The translations under genes and the position numbers were made by a program. Positions 1 through 32,860 of a DNA stretch of 32,860 bases are shown one piece after another. The stretch lies in the NCBI GenBank assembly GCA_030141605.1, contig JAQGDQ010001603.1, positions 1 to 32,860 on the forward strand, written 5' to 3'. Source of the stretch: Tubiluchus corallicola (taxonomy: Eukaryota > Animalia > Priapulida). The notes beneath the pieces are model-generated. The model did no database searches. It was not told the DNA's origin and was given only the letters and a program-made list of their open reading frames with translations. How positions within the stretch are numbered: position 1 is the stretch's first letter; each line of letters begins with the position of its first letter.

Positions 1-1146
1 CAACCGTATCCCAGGAAGACGTCGGCATTATGCAACTCGCAACTGTCCGTGGGAGCAAGAGGAACCATGAGTTTTAACATGAATTATGATGACATGTTTT
101 GATGGTGTTTTTTCCACCTCCGGAGCATGCAATCTACCGGGCTTTGGAAGACTTTGGCTATCCTGACGACATCTTGCCGCCTGCACTTAATAGACGACTT
201 AGTAAAATTTTGTTTGTTATGAATATGAATGCAATAATAACTGATGTTGATGGTATTAACGTTTATACACGTGAATTATCTGATCAGATGATAAAAATGA
301 AGGAGCTGATCGGTATGCGGCGCACTCAGCTACCGAGCCATGCGAATGGAGTTGGAGGAGCACCCCCCTAGTGATGTTAGCAATTCTGATGAACCAATCA
401 TTAATAATTTACAGCGATGATAATAATTACATGATGACACAATTATGATAAGACAGCAATGATATACAACTTGAAACTTGAAAATAATATCTAAACTAAC
501 AGAAGGATTTCATTGATGGCTATAACATTGGTTAATAAACAAAAGGTCATGATTTTTATTACGAATGTTGTCATAGAAAGATTTGTCAAACTCAAAAAGC
601 AACAGCTTAAAAATTACAGCATTTTATATTGGTTTTAAGGGCAGCGCTTCTCTGCGTGTACTAGTATTTAGTTGACCAGTCCAAACACGCGAGGACGAGA
701 GGACGTCATAGCTTATGCATCATGGGAAGAAATGTACCAATGATGGCGTAGCGCTCGCGAGAGCCGACTTCACGTGAAAAATAAGAGTTTTTGAATGCAA
801 AGTTTCGTCTTTAGGAATTCGTGAAGTATGTCGTTCGAAAATTTTTGACGAAATCGCTTTAATAGGATACAGCAAATGACCTGAACTAATGTTGTTCTGC
901 AGTTTAGTATCTCTTTATGTTGTTCCAAAACAGTAAGAACTATCATGACACTGCCAGTACGAAAAAGGCACAAATGACAATTCTACAACTAAATGTCATT
1001 GAATTTAAACAATGCATAGTATGAAAAACTTACTATAGCTACAATGTCATTGTCTTGGAGAATATTGAATAATTCTAGAATTCGATTTCAGCTGCTGACT
1101 TGACGGAGGGTTTCAGAAATTTATTAAATAAGTACAGCAAGTATAA

Positions 1147-2124
1147 ATGAGTCAAAACTTAGCAATAAGTGTCATTTTATTTTGCATCGCCTTGGCCTGG
1201 TTTCTTAACTGTCAGTGGACAAACAAAGCTGTAACATATTTAAATAATCTGGCAGCTCGAAATCTAAGAAAAAGATCAGCACCTGGTCAATTATTGCCAG
1301 AACCGAGAATTGTTGGCGGTGAGGATGTTGTCAATAGAGACTTCCCCTTTATTGTGGCGCTTCGTTGGAAAAATAAACACTCTACTCAGGAGGGAGTGTG
1401 TGGAGGAACCCTCCTCAACAGCAAATGGGTTTTAACTGCAGCACACTGTGTTATTGGTAAAAGAAGTGGGAAAGATTTCAAGATATACCTAGGAAGCAAC
1501 AAATTCGATAAACCGAAGGTTACACGTTGGGTTTACTATTACAAGATACATCCCGATTACAATTCCACTCTTCCACTCAAACACGAAGCTGATGTGGCTC
1601 TGCTGCGAATGGATAACAAAGTTGCATTTGATGACGACATTCAACCAGCTAGACTACCACTTTGTCGAAGGCCCGATTACATGAATGAGACAGTCGTTAT
1701 AGCAGGATGGGGGAGATTACAGGCAGAAGACAAAAAAGTGTTATACCATCCTAACTTACAAAAGATAACAACAACAGTTGTCGACACTGGATATTGTGCA
1801 AAAGTTAACAAAACAGTTGCCATATGTTCATACACTACAGGCAAAACTGCTTGCAATGGAGACTCTGGAGGGCCACTGGTACTGCCATCTACAGGAGAAG
1901 TAATCGGAGTTATATCACAAGGTGAATTTTGCAAAGGTGCTTCCCTCTTTACAAAGATTGGACCGCTTCTTAATTGGATTGAAGATGTACAATTTTACGC
2001 TACAGCAAAAAAATACCAATATGTCCGCTATAATACCGCTTCTGAAAATGGCATGTCAATAATAGGGAACATTAACAAAATATTAATGCTAATGTATTCT
2101 GCACGATACTACTTCTGTGCATAA
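1147..2124 (+). CDS. Secreted S1A (trypsin/chymotrypsin-fold) serine protease zymogen, 325 aa, single coding exon
   Basis: Hydrophobic N-terminal signal peptide; activation site R|IVGG (Ile55, nt 1309); catalytic-triad motifs TAAHC, DVALL, GDSGGP; VCGG and IAGWG motifs; uninterrupted ORF. Possible 5'UTR acceptor tttcag ending at 1091. Confidence 0.95.
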   Translation: MSQNLAISVILFCIALAWFLNCQWTNKAVTYLNNLAARNLRKRSAPGQLLPEPRIVGGEDVVNRDFPFIVALRWKNKHSTQEGVCGGTLLNSKWVLTAAHCVIGKRSGKDFKIYLGSNKFDKPKVTRWVYYYKIHPDYNSTLPLKHEADVALLRMDNKVAFDDDIQPARLPLCRRPDYMNETVVIAGWGRLQAEDKKVLYHPNLQKITTTVVDTGYCAKVNKTVAICSYTTGKTACNGDSGGPLVLPSTGEVIGVISQGEFCKGASLFTKIGPLLNWIEDVQFYATAKKYQYVRYNTASENGMSIIGNINKILMLMYSARYYFCA

Positions 2125-2865
2125 CATGTTAATATAAAATATTATAAGTGTTGTTACTTCACACAGAGATACACAAATTTAATGGAGTTGTACTTACAGC
2201 GTAGCTTCTAGATTTTGCCAGTCATTTTTAAGTCATTTTGTCTGTATTGTTTAACATAGAAGTTACAATACAAGAAGAAAATGCATCACTATGGCTTAAC
2301 TTCAGATATTCTTACTTGCTGTAAAGCAATTGCCCTCTGAATGTCTGACGTTGGGACCTTTTTGGGCATAGGGGATAACTGATTCCTGATGTGCGCTTAA
2401 TGACCAAACATAAGCAACACCAAGTTTGATCAAAATTAGATGGGTGACCTGCCTCCCCGAGCTTTTGTCTGCTACACTACCCTTGCAGTTTAGCTCATAA
2501 AGAAGGACATTTACACATCCAGATCTGACTAAAACACCAATTATACCACATCGATCCAATCAAACCTATTGTAACCTATAGACAGAAAGCACATCTAGGC
2601 AAGCAAACTAGAGTAACATATAACACTTGACAGGAAGCATATTTTAGTGACAGGTTCAAAGAAGACATTTTCAGGAAAACACTAATGTAACGGATATACG
2701 GCTGGGTAAGACTTAAAGATCTGCTGTTTTTTGGTTCAAATGGACAAAGGACTAAGCCACAATGTAAAAAAATGCTGAAATAATTTTTTGCTCACAGTGA
2801 CTTTGTGAAAGGGTGTGAAGCTGCATTAATACTACGTGAACTAGTTTAAAAGAAAACCGGGCGAT

Positions 2866-4080
2866 CAAAACACTTAAAATAAATAAAGTTTATATAATTT
2901 AAGGCGCATCAAAACCACTTAAAATAAATAAAGTTTACATAATTTAAGGTGCATAAAAACACTTAAAATAAATAAAGTTTATATAATTTAAAGTGCACGA
3001 AAAACACTTAAAATAAATAAAGTTTATATAATTTAAAGTGCATGAAAAACGCTTAAAAAATAAAGTTTATATAATTTAAAGTGCATGAAAAACACTTAAA
3101 ATAAAGAAAGTTTATATAATTTAAAGTGCATGAAAAACGCTTAAAATAAATAAAGTTTATATAATTTAAGGTGCATGAAAAACGCTTAAAATAAATAAAG
3201 TTTATATAATTTAAGGTGCATGAAAAACGCTTAAAATAAATAAAGTTTATATAATTTAAAGTGCATGAAAAACACTTAAAATAAATAAAGTTTATATAAT
3301 TTAAAGTGCATGAAAAACGCTTAAAATAAATAAAGTTTATATAATTTAAAGTGCATGAAAAACACTTAAAATAAATAAAGTTTATATAATTTAAAGTGCA
3401 TGAAAAACGCTTAAAAAATAAAGTTTATATAATTTAAAGTGCATGAAAAACACTTAAAATAAAGAAAGTTTATATAATTTAAGGTGCATGAAAAACGCTT
3501 AAAATAAATAAAGTTTATATAATTTAAGGTGCATGAAAAACGCTTAAAATAAATAAAGTTTATATAATTTAAAGTGCATGAAAAACACTTAAAATAAATA
3601 AAGTTTATATAATTTAAAGTGCATGAAAAACGCTTAAAATAAATAAAGTTTATATAATTTAAGGTGCATGAAAAACACATAAAATAAATACAGTTTATAA
3701 AATTTAAAGTGCACGAAAAACGCTTAAAAAATAAAGTTTATATAATTTAAAGTGCATGAAAAACGCTTAAAAATAAAGTTTATATAATTTAAAGTGCATG
3801 AAAAACACTTAAAATAAAGAAAGTTTATATAATTTAAAGTGCATGAAAAACACTTAAAATAAAGAAAGTTTATATAATTTAAAGTGCATGAAAAACACTT
3901 AAAATAAAGAAAGTTTATATAATTTAAGGTGGATAAAAAACACTTAAAATAAAGAAAGTTTATATAATTTAAGGTGCATGAAAAACACTAAAAATAAATA
4001 AAGTTTATATAATTTAAAGTGCATGAAAAACGCTTAAGATAAATAAAGTTTATGTAATTTAAGGTGCATCAAAAACTTTA
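2866..4080. repeat. 45-bp AT-rich minisatellite, about 27 copies
   Basis: Unit AAAACRCTTAAAATAAATAAAGTTTATATAATTTAARGTGCATGA read directly. Confidence 0.95.
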
Positions 4081-4317
4081 AATGATTCTTTATTTTGAAA
4101 TGCAAGTGTGCTTACATTATTAGCTGCTTACAAATTTAATTTAGACTGTTTACAATAAAAAATTATGCCATATTTACCAATGCACCAAGCGCCAAAAATG
4201 CAAAAATATTTTCTTTAGTATGTGTGATGATGATGTAAGTGTAACAAACACTTTGTGTACTTTTATTATTAAGAAGTAGAATAACACGTATGCTGTTAAT
4301 TTGTGAATTCTGATGTT

Positions 4318-4646
<329 letters not shown>

Positions 4647-5210
4647 ATAGTGGCACGGACATGCGTTTGTACTCCGATGAGTCCCGGTACCTAGGGTTGA
4701 CGTTGCCTCCCCTCTGTAGCGTTCAAGATTCTGTTGTTATGTAGATTTATTTGACTGTTTAGTTAAACATTTCTAAAAAATCAATACCTTTTTACAATAA
4801 TTCTTTCTGCTTAGACTGTGTTTGCATGCATGGATGTATATCTTTCAGCTTGGACAGTTTTCCTGTTTACATGCATGGATGTATATAAACGTAATAAAGA
4901 GGTAGGCTTATCTCTTCAAGCCAGATAGCTACTTGCACTTTTCAGTGTATAAATTACAAAACAACATAGCAAATATAAAAAAATACAAAGATAATCAGGC
5001 AGTGATAATAATGACAAGATAATCAGATCAATAACTGATCACCTGTGACAGCTTTTGTTAAATTGCTGAATAATTCAAGTAAGTTTAAAAAATGCTATAA
5101 ATTTAATTTTTATGCAACCATTTTAAGTTAAAACTCATTATTCACAGGGCAGAGAATTTTACGTGAGATGCAAGAAATCTTATTCCGTATGTTTGCTGCT
5201 ATTAAGCAAA

Positions 5211-5360
5211 TGCGGTAAAATTTAATAAATTGTCTTTCAAATTGATTAACAGGTGTCAGCACGTCACACGTGAAGGGAGGAGTAAGCCTGTGCGGTAAAA
5301 TTTAATAAATTGTCTTTTAAATTGATTAACAGGTGTCAGCACGTTACACGTGAAGGGGAG
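5211..5360. repeat. About 80-bp direct duplication (2 copies)
   Basis: tgcggtaaaatttaataaattgtc...cacgtgaaggg at 5211 and 5291. Confidence 0.85.
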
Positions 5361-5693
5361 AATTATAATTACGATCAATTCTGTTGAATTTCCGTGTTTG
5401 AGATTAAAACAGTTTATTGAAAGGATGAATTAATTTTGTTGTTTTAACTTTAACAAATACAAATTTTACGTGCCAAAATTAACGACGAATTCGATAATTG
5501 ATGACAAGTCCTGGCTTAATCAGTACATTGATGAATTTATTTTGTTGTTTTAATCACAGTTTAGCACAAAATGTCAAAATCGTCAAGATTAGCTTGGTAC
5601 AAGACGACAAAATTAATAGCCATACAAATGTATACCAGAACTAAATTAATAGCCATACAAATGTATACCAGAACTAAATAGCTAAATAACGGA

Positions 5694-5975
5694 TTAAAAA
5701 CTTAATTAACTGCGGGCGAGCATAACTATTGATGACATGTCAAACTAACATAATTTTCAACAGCAACAATATTTCACAAGAGTGTTGCACGTGTTTGTGC
5801 AAGCAAAAATTCGAGTACAGTGCTACTGTAAGATATTCAGTGTGTTGTACTAAAACTAGGCAAGTTTTAAGATAAAAATTGTAATTTCAAATTTACGGTT
5901 GTGCTCATGCATGAGCTGTCGAACGTGTGCAATTCGTCACAAACTAACACATCAGAACTGGGGGTACGGCTAGTG
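5694..5975 (+). mobile_element. Kolobok/T2-like MITE family A, internal fragment
   Basis: Shares aacataattttcaacagca...agtacag...cattcagtgtg blocks with 14474..15042; closest to the reverse complement of 30395..30792. Confidence 0.75.
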
Positions 5976-5984
5976 TCTCTTACA

Positions 5985-6633
5985 GCAAACTCGCAAGTGT
6001 GAACAGCTTTGTGAGTTACTGTCGGCTAGTTATCGCAAACTCTCAGACAGTTGCTGCGAGTTGATTAACTTTCTAGTGTGAACGCCTCGGCGAGTTACTC
6101 TCGACACTTGCTGTCTAGTGTGAACACCTCGGCGAGTTACTCTCGACTCTTCTCGTATAGAATAGAGAAGGGGGTATCAGTTTGCAGTAAGCCTTCTTTT
6201 GCAGTTCCAGCGATTGATGATGATTGTGAAAACGTTATTTCTGTACACACGGCAACGCCTCGCAGCCCAAGCTATTGTAATAGTAACTGTCTTAACAGCT
6301 AACTAGAATCTTACCTAGTTCATTTTTTCTTGTTCCTAAGCAAGATCCTGTTAGTAAATCACTCTACACACAGAATAATGCGTAATTAATTAAAGTCAAC
6401 GTAGAATAGCTGAAGTTACGGAACTGATGCTTTGCTTTACCCACACGTCACGTGATGCTGGTAGCTAACACGCGTTGCTGTGGTACACTTAACCTTTGAC
6501 TGCAACTGCGCGTGCGCACAAAAGGCTTTTTAACTGTTGGACAGTAACTGGCAGCGAGTTTTGCTCTCTAGTCTGAACACTCTTGCGAGTTCCTTTAGCG
6601 AGAACAAAACTCGGCTGCTAAACGCACCGTAAT
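5985..6633. mobile_element. PIF/Harbinger-like MITE remnant with subterminal GTGTGAACA/GCGAGTTAC repeats
   Basis: Repeated ctagtgtgaacrcctcggcgagttactctcgac; terminus ctaaacgcaccg-taa; related end at about 8205..8265 (gtctaaacgcgccg-tta). Confidence 0.45.
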
Positions 6634-6735
6634 AAGATGCTTTCACCTGCTTTAAAACTATTTTTAGGAAACAGCGACTTATAAAACGATTGTTGGTTCC
6701 ATATTTTCTGACTTAAATAATTTGTTGCTATATAC

Positions 6736-6752
6736 TACTGCCATCTGGCGGC
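6736..6752 (-). promoter_or_regulatory. CTCF-like motif
   Basis: Minus strand GCCGCCAGATGGCAGTA closely matches the bilaterian CTCF core consensus. Confidence 0.4.
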
Positions 6753-6783
6753 AGGTAACAAACACTTGAGACTCCAACCTTAA

Positions 6784-8195
6784 TGTTACCTCAACAGATA
6801 AAATGTTAGTACGATCGCTAATTAGACAATTAATGTTAATTAATTAATTGCCCGACTACGGGAGCTTCGGCTGGGTCTGACTGGCTATGATGAATACCAG
6901 AGCGACCTCAGACCAGAAATACGCGTTGTGAAGTAAATCTGTACTCCCAAGTTTACTAGCTGTGCTCCGCAATAAGCCGCTTCAATATGAACATGATCTA
7001 TGATAGGTTCGAGTGACAGATAGTATCTCTACGAGTATACAAGATTTCTGAGTAATACTAGATCGCACAAATCAAAGTGAACACGCTATTGAGGATGACA
7101 TACGGGTTTATTGATTAGACAAATTTATGGTTTAACAATAACAACATTCAAATAAATCTACGCTTGTTGCGTTTACAATCAGTAATCCAAATTTCACGAC
7201 TGCAGTGTCGCTATACAATTCAATATAATATTCTACAATTCCGAGACAACTGTTAGTTTAATCAGTACATACAATCTTCCACCGTTAAGTACAAATTACT
7301 TAACAACACTATACAATGTATAAAGTTACTTAACTCGAGGACTGGCCAATCTTACAAGTTCCTTCAATTGGCCAAGTCCTGTTCCTATCATGAGCCGTCC
7401 TAAGCTTCAGTGGTTGGTGTTCCAACGACGCATATGTTCACTCTACGCTGAGCAATAGAAACGGTCTCCTACCTTCAGAGTTTTCTGTCTGAGAGTCCAC
7501 CCCGTCACCATCTTGACATCGACCAGAATCAAGCCAACAGCAGCCTCGATTCTTCGTGCACTGTCCTTTTGAACCTCGGGTCAGGTGACAAGACACACAC
7601 CGTGGCTGGTCATCAGAGGATTCTGACTCCTTAGTGCTCTATTGATCTGACCACCTAGGCATCTCGAGTTTTTCTCAGTGCCTTGGTACCTTTACTATCA
7701 GTGGGACAAGGTCCCATAATGTCACTGTTCCAAAATTTATAACCCTGCTTTCAGCCCTCATTAACGTTTACTAAATTGGCCCGGAGTTTGCCTCTTGTCC
7801 ACATGGTATCTTGTCCACATCCGTATTCTTAATCATGAACAATGGGGTAATATGGGGTACCACCTGTTAATTAGCTAGTCTGCCCCGTGGACTCTGATAA
7901 CGAGCTTCAGATTACTTCTTGCATTCGTACTCTTCCCAATCAATATATGCCAGCCACCTCTTAAATTTCATAGAGTTCATCCTGTGGTTACATCTTACTT
8001 TGCTTATTACCTTATTTTCCATTATTAATCAGTTGTCCGAAATGTTATCATACATACATTAAATTCAAGATACAAGCTGGGTGAGTCATTTTCCTTGAAC
8101 GGAATAATCTTCGTTCAGATGCAAATTATTCATTAATTGATTTCAATTTTATTTTCTTAATGACTGATTTAACATTCTAAAATAAATTCATAACA
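6784..8195. mobile_element. Possible solo LTR (or other TG...CA element), about 1.4 kb
   Basis: Begins TGTTA, ends TAACA, flanked on both sides by TTAA (6780..6783, 8196..8199). An alternative left end TTAA-TGTTA exists at 6834. No coding capacity seen. Confidence 0.4.
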
Positions 8196-8535
8196 TTAAG
8201 CCTCCGGTTTGAACACGCTTGAGAGTTACTTGGCTAGTAAACTCTAAAGTCTAAACGCGCCGTTAGCAAATGCTGACAAATATTAGAGTCAACTGTTTCT
8301 AATGTAATGAAGCAATCCAGTTAATTTGTTTTATTAGGTCAGTCCGTAATGTAGCTTTCCCGAATTTAGTTAAAATTAGCTTAGTTTCAAGTTTGGTATA
8401 TAGAGCATACTGTGGGCATTGATAAACCAGATTAATCTCTGCGTCTGGTAACGTAGTTATTCCGCCAGGATATTACATGTAGGAAACGTTATATGAAACG
8501 GTACTAACCCGAAATCCGAAATTTAAATTCAAATC

Positions 8536-9419
<884 letters not shown>

Positions 9420-9506
9420 TGCTATTCCTTCGTCCGTCGGCGTCCTTACTGAGTATTGAGCAATATATAAAATAACTTAGTTTTATTCAGACAGAGCACA
9501 GTATGA

Positions 9507-9522
9507 TACTGCCATCTACTGC
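9507..9522 (-). promoter_or_regulatory. CTCF-like motif
   Basis: Minus strand GCAGTAGATGGCAGTA resembles CCASYAGRKGGCRS; about 100 bp upstream of the TATA box. Confidence 0.35.
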
Positions 9523-9615
9523 TAAATTAGGGAATTAGTTTCTCCGCGTTTGCGCGAACACCATGAACACGTCATCACCAACCTGCGCAAAACATAATGA
9601 ACACCTGGAAACCTT

Positions 9616-9623
9616 TATAAAAG
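9616..9623 (+). promoter_or_regulatory. Candidate TATA box of the receptor gene
   Basis: TATAAAAG starting 62 bp upstream of the ATG, implying a TSS near 9645 and a short 5'UTR. Confidence 0.5.
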
Positions 9624-9677
9624 CTGCTGTCAGAGTCGACAGATTAGAAAAATTTCTTCTAAACAACAGCTAAAGTC

Positions 9678-29436
<19,759 letters not shown>

Positions 29437-29499
29437 GTGCGTCACATTTCTGGGGAATGCACTGATAGTATTGCTGTGTTGACACGGAATTTTTGTGAG

Positions 29500-30029
29500 G
29501 ACCCAATCTTAAATTGTAGTTCAAAACAATCTGCTCTTTAAAATATTGAAAGGAAACATTATATTTTTTTCAAAAATGACTCACATGAAAGAATTATTAC
29601 CACACAAACACAATTTCGCGTTCGCGCCACTAGTTTTTCAATGCAACATGCATTTCGCCATTCGCTAGTTAGACGGGAACTAGCGCCTCCATTTCGGAAA
29701 TGCATTGCACAAAAAACAGATGCTGTTCCTCTCAGTTCAGAGGTGCTCATTTGTGACGTATTTTACATGTTCTTGAGCTCATGCGTGAGCACAGCAAAAA
29801 ACCAGAAATTAAAATTTTTGTGTATATCACACTGAATGTAGCACAGTAGCACTGTACTTAAATTATGTTCAGTTGTGATGTCATCAATAGTTGAGCTCGC
29901 CTGTAATTAATTAAACCATTTTACCTATTATTAAGAATGCGTTGGCATTATTGCGGGTGTTAAAGTGTACACCTTTTCCCGTACTTCAAAATTGGGTGGA
30001 GTGTAAAAAATCATACTGTTTTACTTTAA
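29500..30029 (-). mobile_element. Kolobok/T2-like MITE family A, near full-length, reverse orientation
   Basis: ccaatcttaaattg...aaaatattgaaaggaaa matches the reverse complement of 14930..15030; ends ctgttttact-ttaa. Confidence 0.75.
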
Positions 30030-30394
30030 AATTTGGAAAAACTAATTCTTTTTTAAATTAATTTAACAAAGATTTCCTTTAAATACGTGACTCAAACAAA
30101 ATGTCTAGCATACACATGAATTGGCCTGTAGGGTCCTAAAGATACAGTCCTCGCTTAACGATTCCCCTTTGAGGGACGTCTCTTTTAACGACGCCGAAAT
30201 ATTTGAAACCTTTCAAACAAGTAGAAAGAAATTAATTAGTAGAATCCATAAAGAAACTCATAAAACGTTAAATTTATATGATTTAAGCAGCATTGATTTT
30301 TGCCTCTGGAACGTATCTCAATTCTTTTACATTACTCTCTATGGAAGTTTTGATTCCGCTTAATGACGTTTCACTTAACATCGCATTTCAAAAA

Positions 30395-30792
30395 AACAGG
30401 TTTTGTACCTCTCAGTGCAGATGTGTCCGTTTGTGACAAACTGCTCACGTTCGACAGCTCATGCGCGAGCACAACGGTAAATTTGAAACTTGATTTTTTA
30501 TCCTAAAACTTACTTAGTTTTAGTACAACACACTGAATATCTTACAGTATCACTGTACTTCAATTTTCGCTTTCACAAACAGGTGCAACACCCTCGTGGA
30601 ATATTTTTGCTGTTGAAAATTATGTTGGTTTGTGATGTCATCAATAGTTGGGCTCGCCCGTCGTTAATTAAGTTTTTAATCTATTATTTAATTATCAGAA
30701 ATGCTTTTGCAGTGTTAATTGCGTTAAAATGTATACTTTTTATCGGACTTTAAAATACGGTGGTATATAAAAAATCATCCTGTCTTCCGTTA
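30395..30792 (-). mobile_element. Kolobok/T2-like MITE family A, partial, reverse orientation
   Basis: tgctgttgaaaattatgtt...tgatgtcatcaatagtt core; eroded terminus atcctgtcttccgtta. Confidence 0.75.
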
Positions 30793-31067
30793 TCACAAAT
30801 TAATGTTGGATGTAGGCTCATCGTATCCTGCCTAAAAAACTTGAAAATGCCGCATAAATTATCATAGCATTACTTCCTTCTTTCTGGCACTTTTCTAATT
30901 ATTTCAAAAACGTGTGAGAAATTCCTGCATGGATGCCAGCCAATTATCTCACCGATTTTCCTTTATTTGCCACGTTCAAAACATTTCATTAAAAACGAAT
31001 ATGTGTAGAAGTCACAGACAGAATATATGAAGCAACCATTAAGCTAATAACGCAAAAGCATTAGGCA

Positions 31068-31669
31068 CCGTGGCGGCTCTTGTGTAGGGACTGCAGCACC
31101 CCCTGGTTTCACTCAGTATTATCGGTATTATTCAATATAGTAAGTCTTTTTTCTTTAGTTATTTCTTTATACTTGTACGGAACCAAAGCACGTGGGGGTA
31201 GTACTGTTTGCTTCACAGCCCAAGCAACCCGGCTTTTGGCTGCTGTGCGCATGCGGCCATACACACATGTCCGAGAAAACACACTGTACGCTAGCGTCTG
31301 CTGCTAGGTAGAAAAGTACTGTCTCTAGCACAGTAACAATTGCCACGTGCTTAACCGTGTACCGTCATATTTTTGGATATGATAAAGTGTAAACTTAGCA
31401 TGTGCGCTTAAAACATAAATTATTTAACAATGGACACCTTGCATCCCCAAGAAATAAGTTCTGTGACTGTAAGTGAACTACAACAGCTTAATTTTTCACA
31501 GTTGTCTCTCAGTGACAAAGTTCCAGTTAAGAAAAGCGACCTTTCAACACCCTGTATTGAAATATTAACATTAAAATTACACGTTTGTTACATTTTACAC
31601 AGTATTAAACAATGTCTAAAAAATTTCTGAAGCAGCACCCCCACTAATTTTAGAAACGAGCCGCCACTG
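31068..31669 (+). mobile_element. Internally deleted hAT (Tip100-like) element with possible transposase N-terminal remnant
   Basis: TIR CCGTGGCGGCTC / GAGCCGCCACTG (11/12); subterminal GCAGCACCCCC at both ends; ORF at 31430 (FSQLSLSDK..VKK...TP.IEI) resembles, from memory, the region preceding the TTF zinc finger of hAT transposases; no TSD retained. Confidence 0.65.
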
Positions 31670-31860
31670 TTTGTGTCCTAAATTTTGATAGGCCCTTGGT
31701 GCCCCAAGACCGGTGACCAAGTGTCATCTAGTAAACAAACTTATTAAAACTGAACTTGCTAAAGACAAATATATTAAATTCAGCAGATCAACATTTTGAA
31801 TAAATACACAGGCGTACAAAAAATATTCCTCAAATTAAGTTGTAATTCTTAGAGGCTCAA

Positions 31861-32227
31861 GTTGAGTCAGTTGCTACCACATCAGCTGACTCACACACTA
31901 AATCAGCTAGCTCGACTGAAGCTGAGTTAGCAGCTACTACATCAACTGACTCACACAGTAAATCAGCTAGCTCGACTGAAGCTGAGTTAGCAGCTACTAC
32001 ATCAGCTGACTCACACAGTAAATCAGCTAGCTCGACTGAAGCTGAGTTAGCAGCTACTACATCAGCTGACTCATACAGTAAATCAGCTAGCTCGACTGAA
32101 GCTGAGTCAGTTACTACTACATCAGCTGACTCACGCAGTAAATCAGCTAGCTCAGCTGAAGCTGAATCAGTTGCTACTACATCAGCTGACTCACGCAGTA
32201 AATCAGCTAGCTCAGCTGAAGCTGAGT
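31861..32227. repeat. 60-bp tandem repeat, 6 copies plus a partial, no indels, open reading frame on both strands
   Basis: Unit GCTGAGTYAGYWGCTACTACATCAGCTGACTCAYRCAGTAAATCAGCTAGCTCRRCTGAA. Confidence 0.95.
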
Positions 32228-32599
32228 GCAGCAAAAAACTTTGCTGGCTCACCACCAAAAAACATGATTATTAATCCTATTGATAAAATAAAATTATTTA
32301 TTTTTTCAATTACAGATGTGTGTGCTATATCTAAACTTACGTAAATTTTTACTCACTGAGTAACTGTTAAAATAGCTGCGCCTAATGGTCATTGCGGAAG
32401 TTTAAATTTACAAGTTTTATACAACGTTACTGCTAATACAAGCACTGTGGACAATAAGACAATATGTGGGTGATCCAAATATTTCAAAATGATTTTTTAG
32501 CATTATGCAAATAAAAGGTTTTCTTGTGCTTTAAATAAGGATAAGTAAGTGAATAGCTATTGAGGCAAATGTGGTAAAATGATGACATCCATAATGAAA

Positions 32600-32860
<261 letters not shown>

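Noticed and set aside
99-371. 90-aa ORF at the window start
   Set aside because: No recognisable motif and no convincing splice context; it may be a degraded fragment of something extending left, but this cannot be supported.
1677-1934. Antisense ORF within the protease
   Set aside because: Shadow ORF of the real + strand gene; the same applies to 9686..9871 and 29273..29524.
2300-2830. Possible decayed transposase fragments (IRWVT and CER.VKL-like pieces)
   Set aside because: Multiple stops and frameshifts; too short to support without a TBLASTN or HMM search.

Overview
AT-rich, repeat-dense eukaryotic (probably invertebrate animal) genomic DNA, not prokaryotic. Two host genes are supported. 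(1) An intronless-CDS secreted S1A (chymotrypsin-fold) serine protease at 1147..2124 (+). (2) The 5' part of a spliced natriuretic-peptide-receptor / receptor guanylyl cyclase-like gene (+). Its seven GT-AG exons (9678..9877, 12155..12273, 12675..13046, 20670..20848, 22746..22886, 28275..28410, 29342..29436) join in phase into 414 codons encoding a signal peptide plus an ANF_receptor-type ligand-binding ectodomain; TM and intracellular exons were not found in the window. The introns hold non-autonomous DNA transposons (Kolobok/T2-like TTAA MITEs, hAT MITEs, a piggyBac-like element, Harbinger-like fragments), a LINE 3' remnant, and many micro- and minisatellites; a possible solo LTR lies upstream of the receptor gene. 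Most ORF-track entries are repeat artefacts. The most unusual observations are a 4x tandem duplication of the exon-6 splice acceptor plus the exon's 5' half, inverted complementary repeats bracketing the symmetric 372-nt exon 3, and a 60-bp repeat reading frame that could be an alternative terminal exon. I cannot establish a wholly new biological system from sequence alone.
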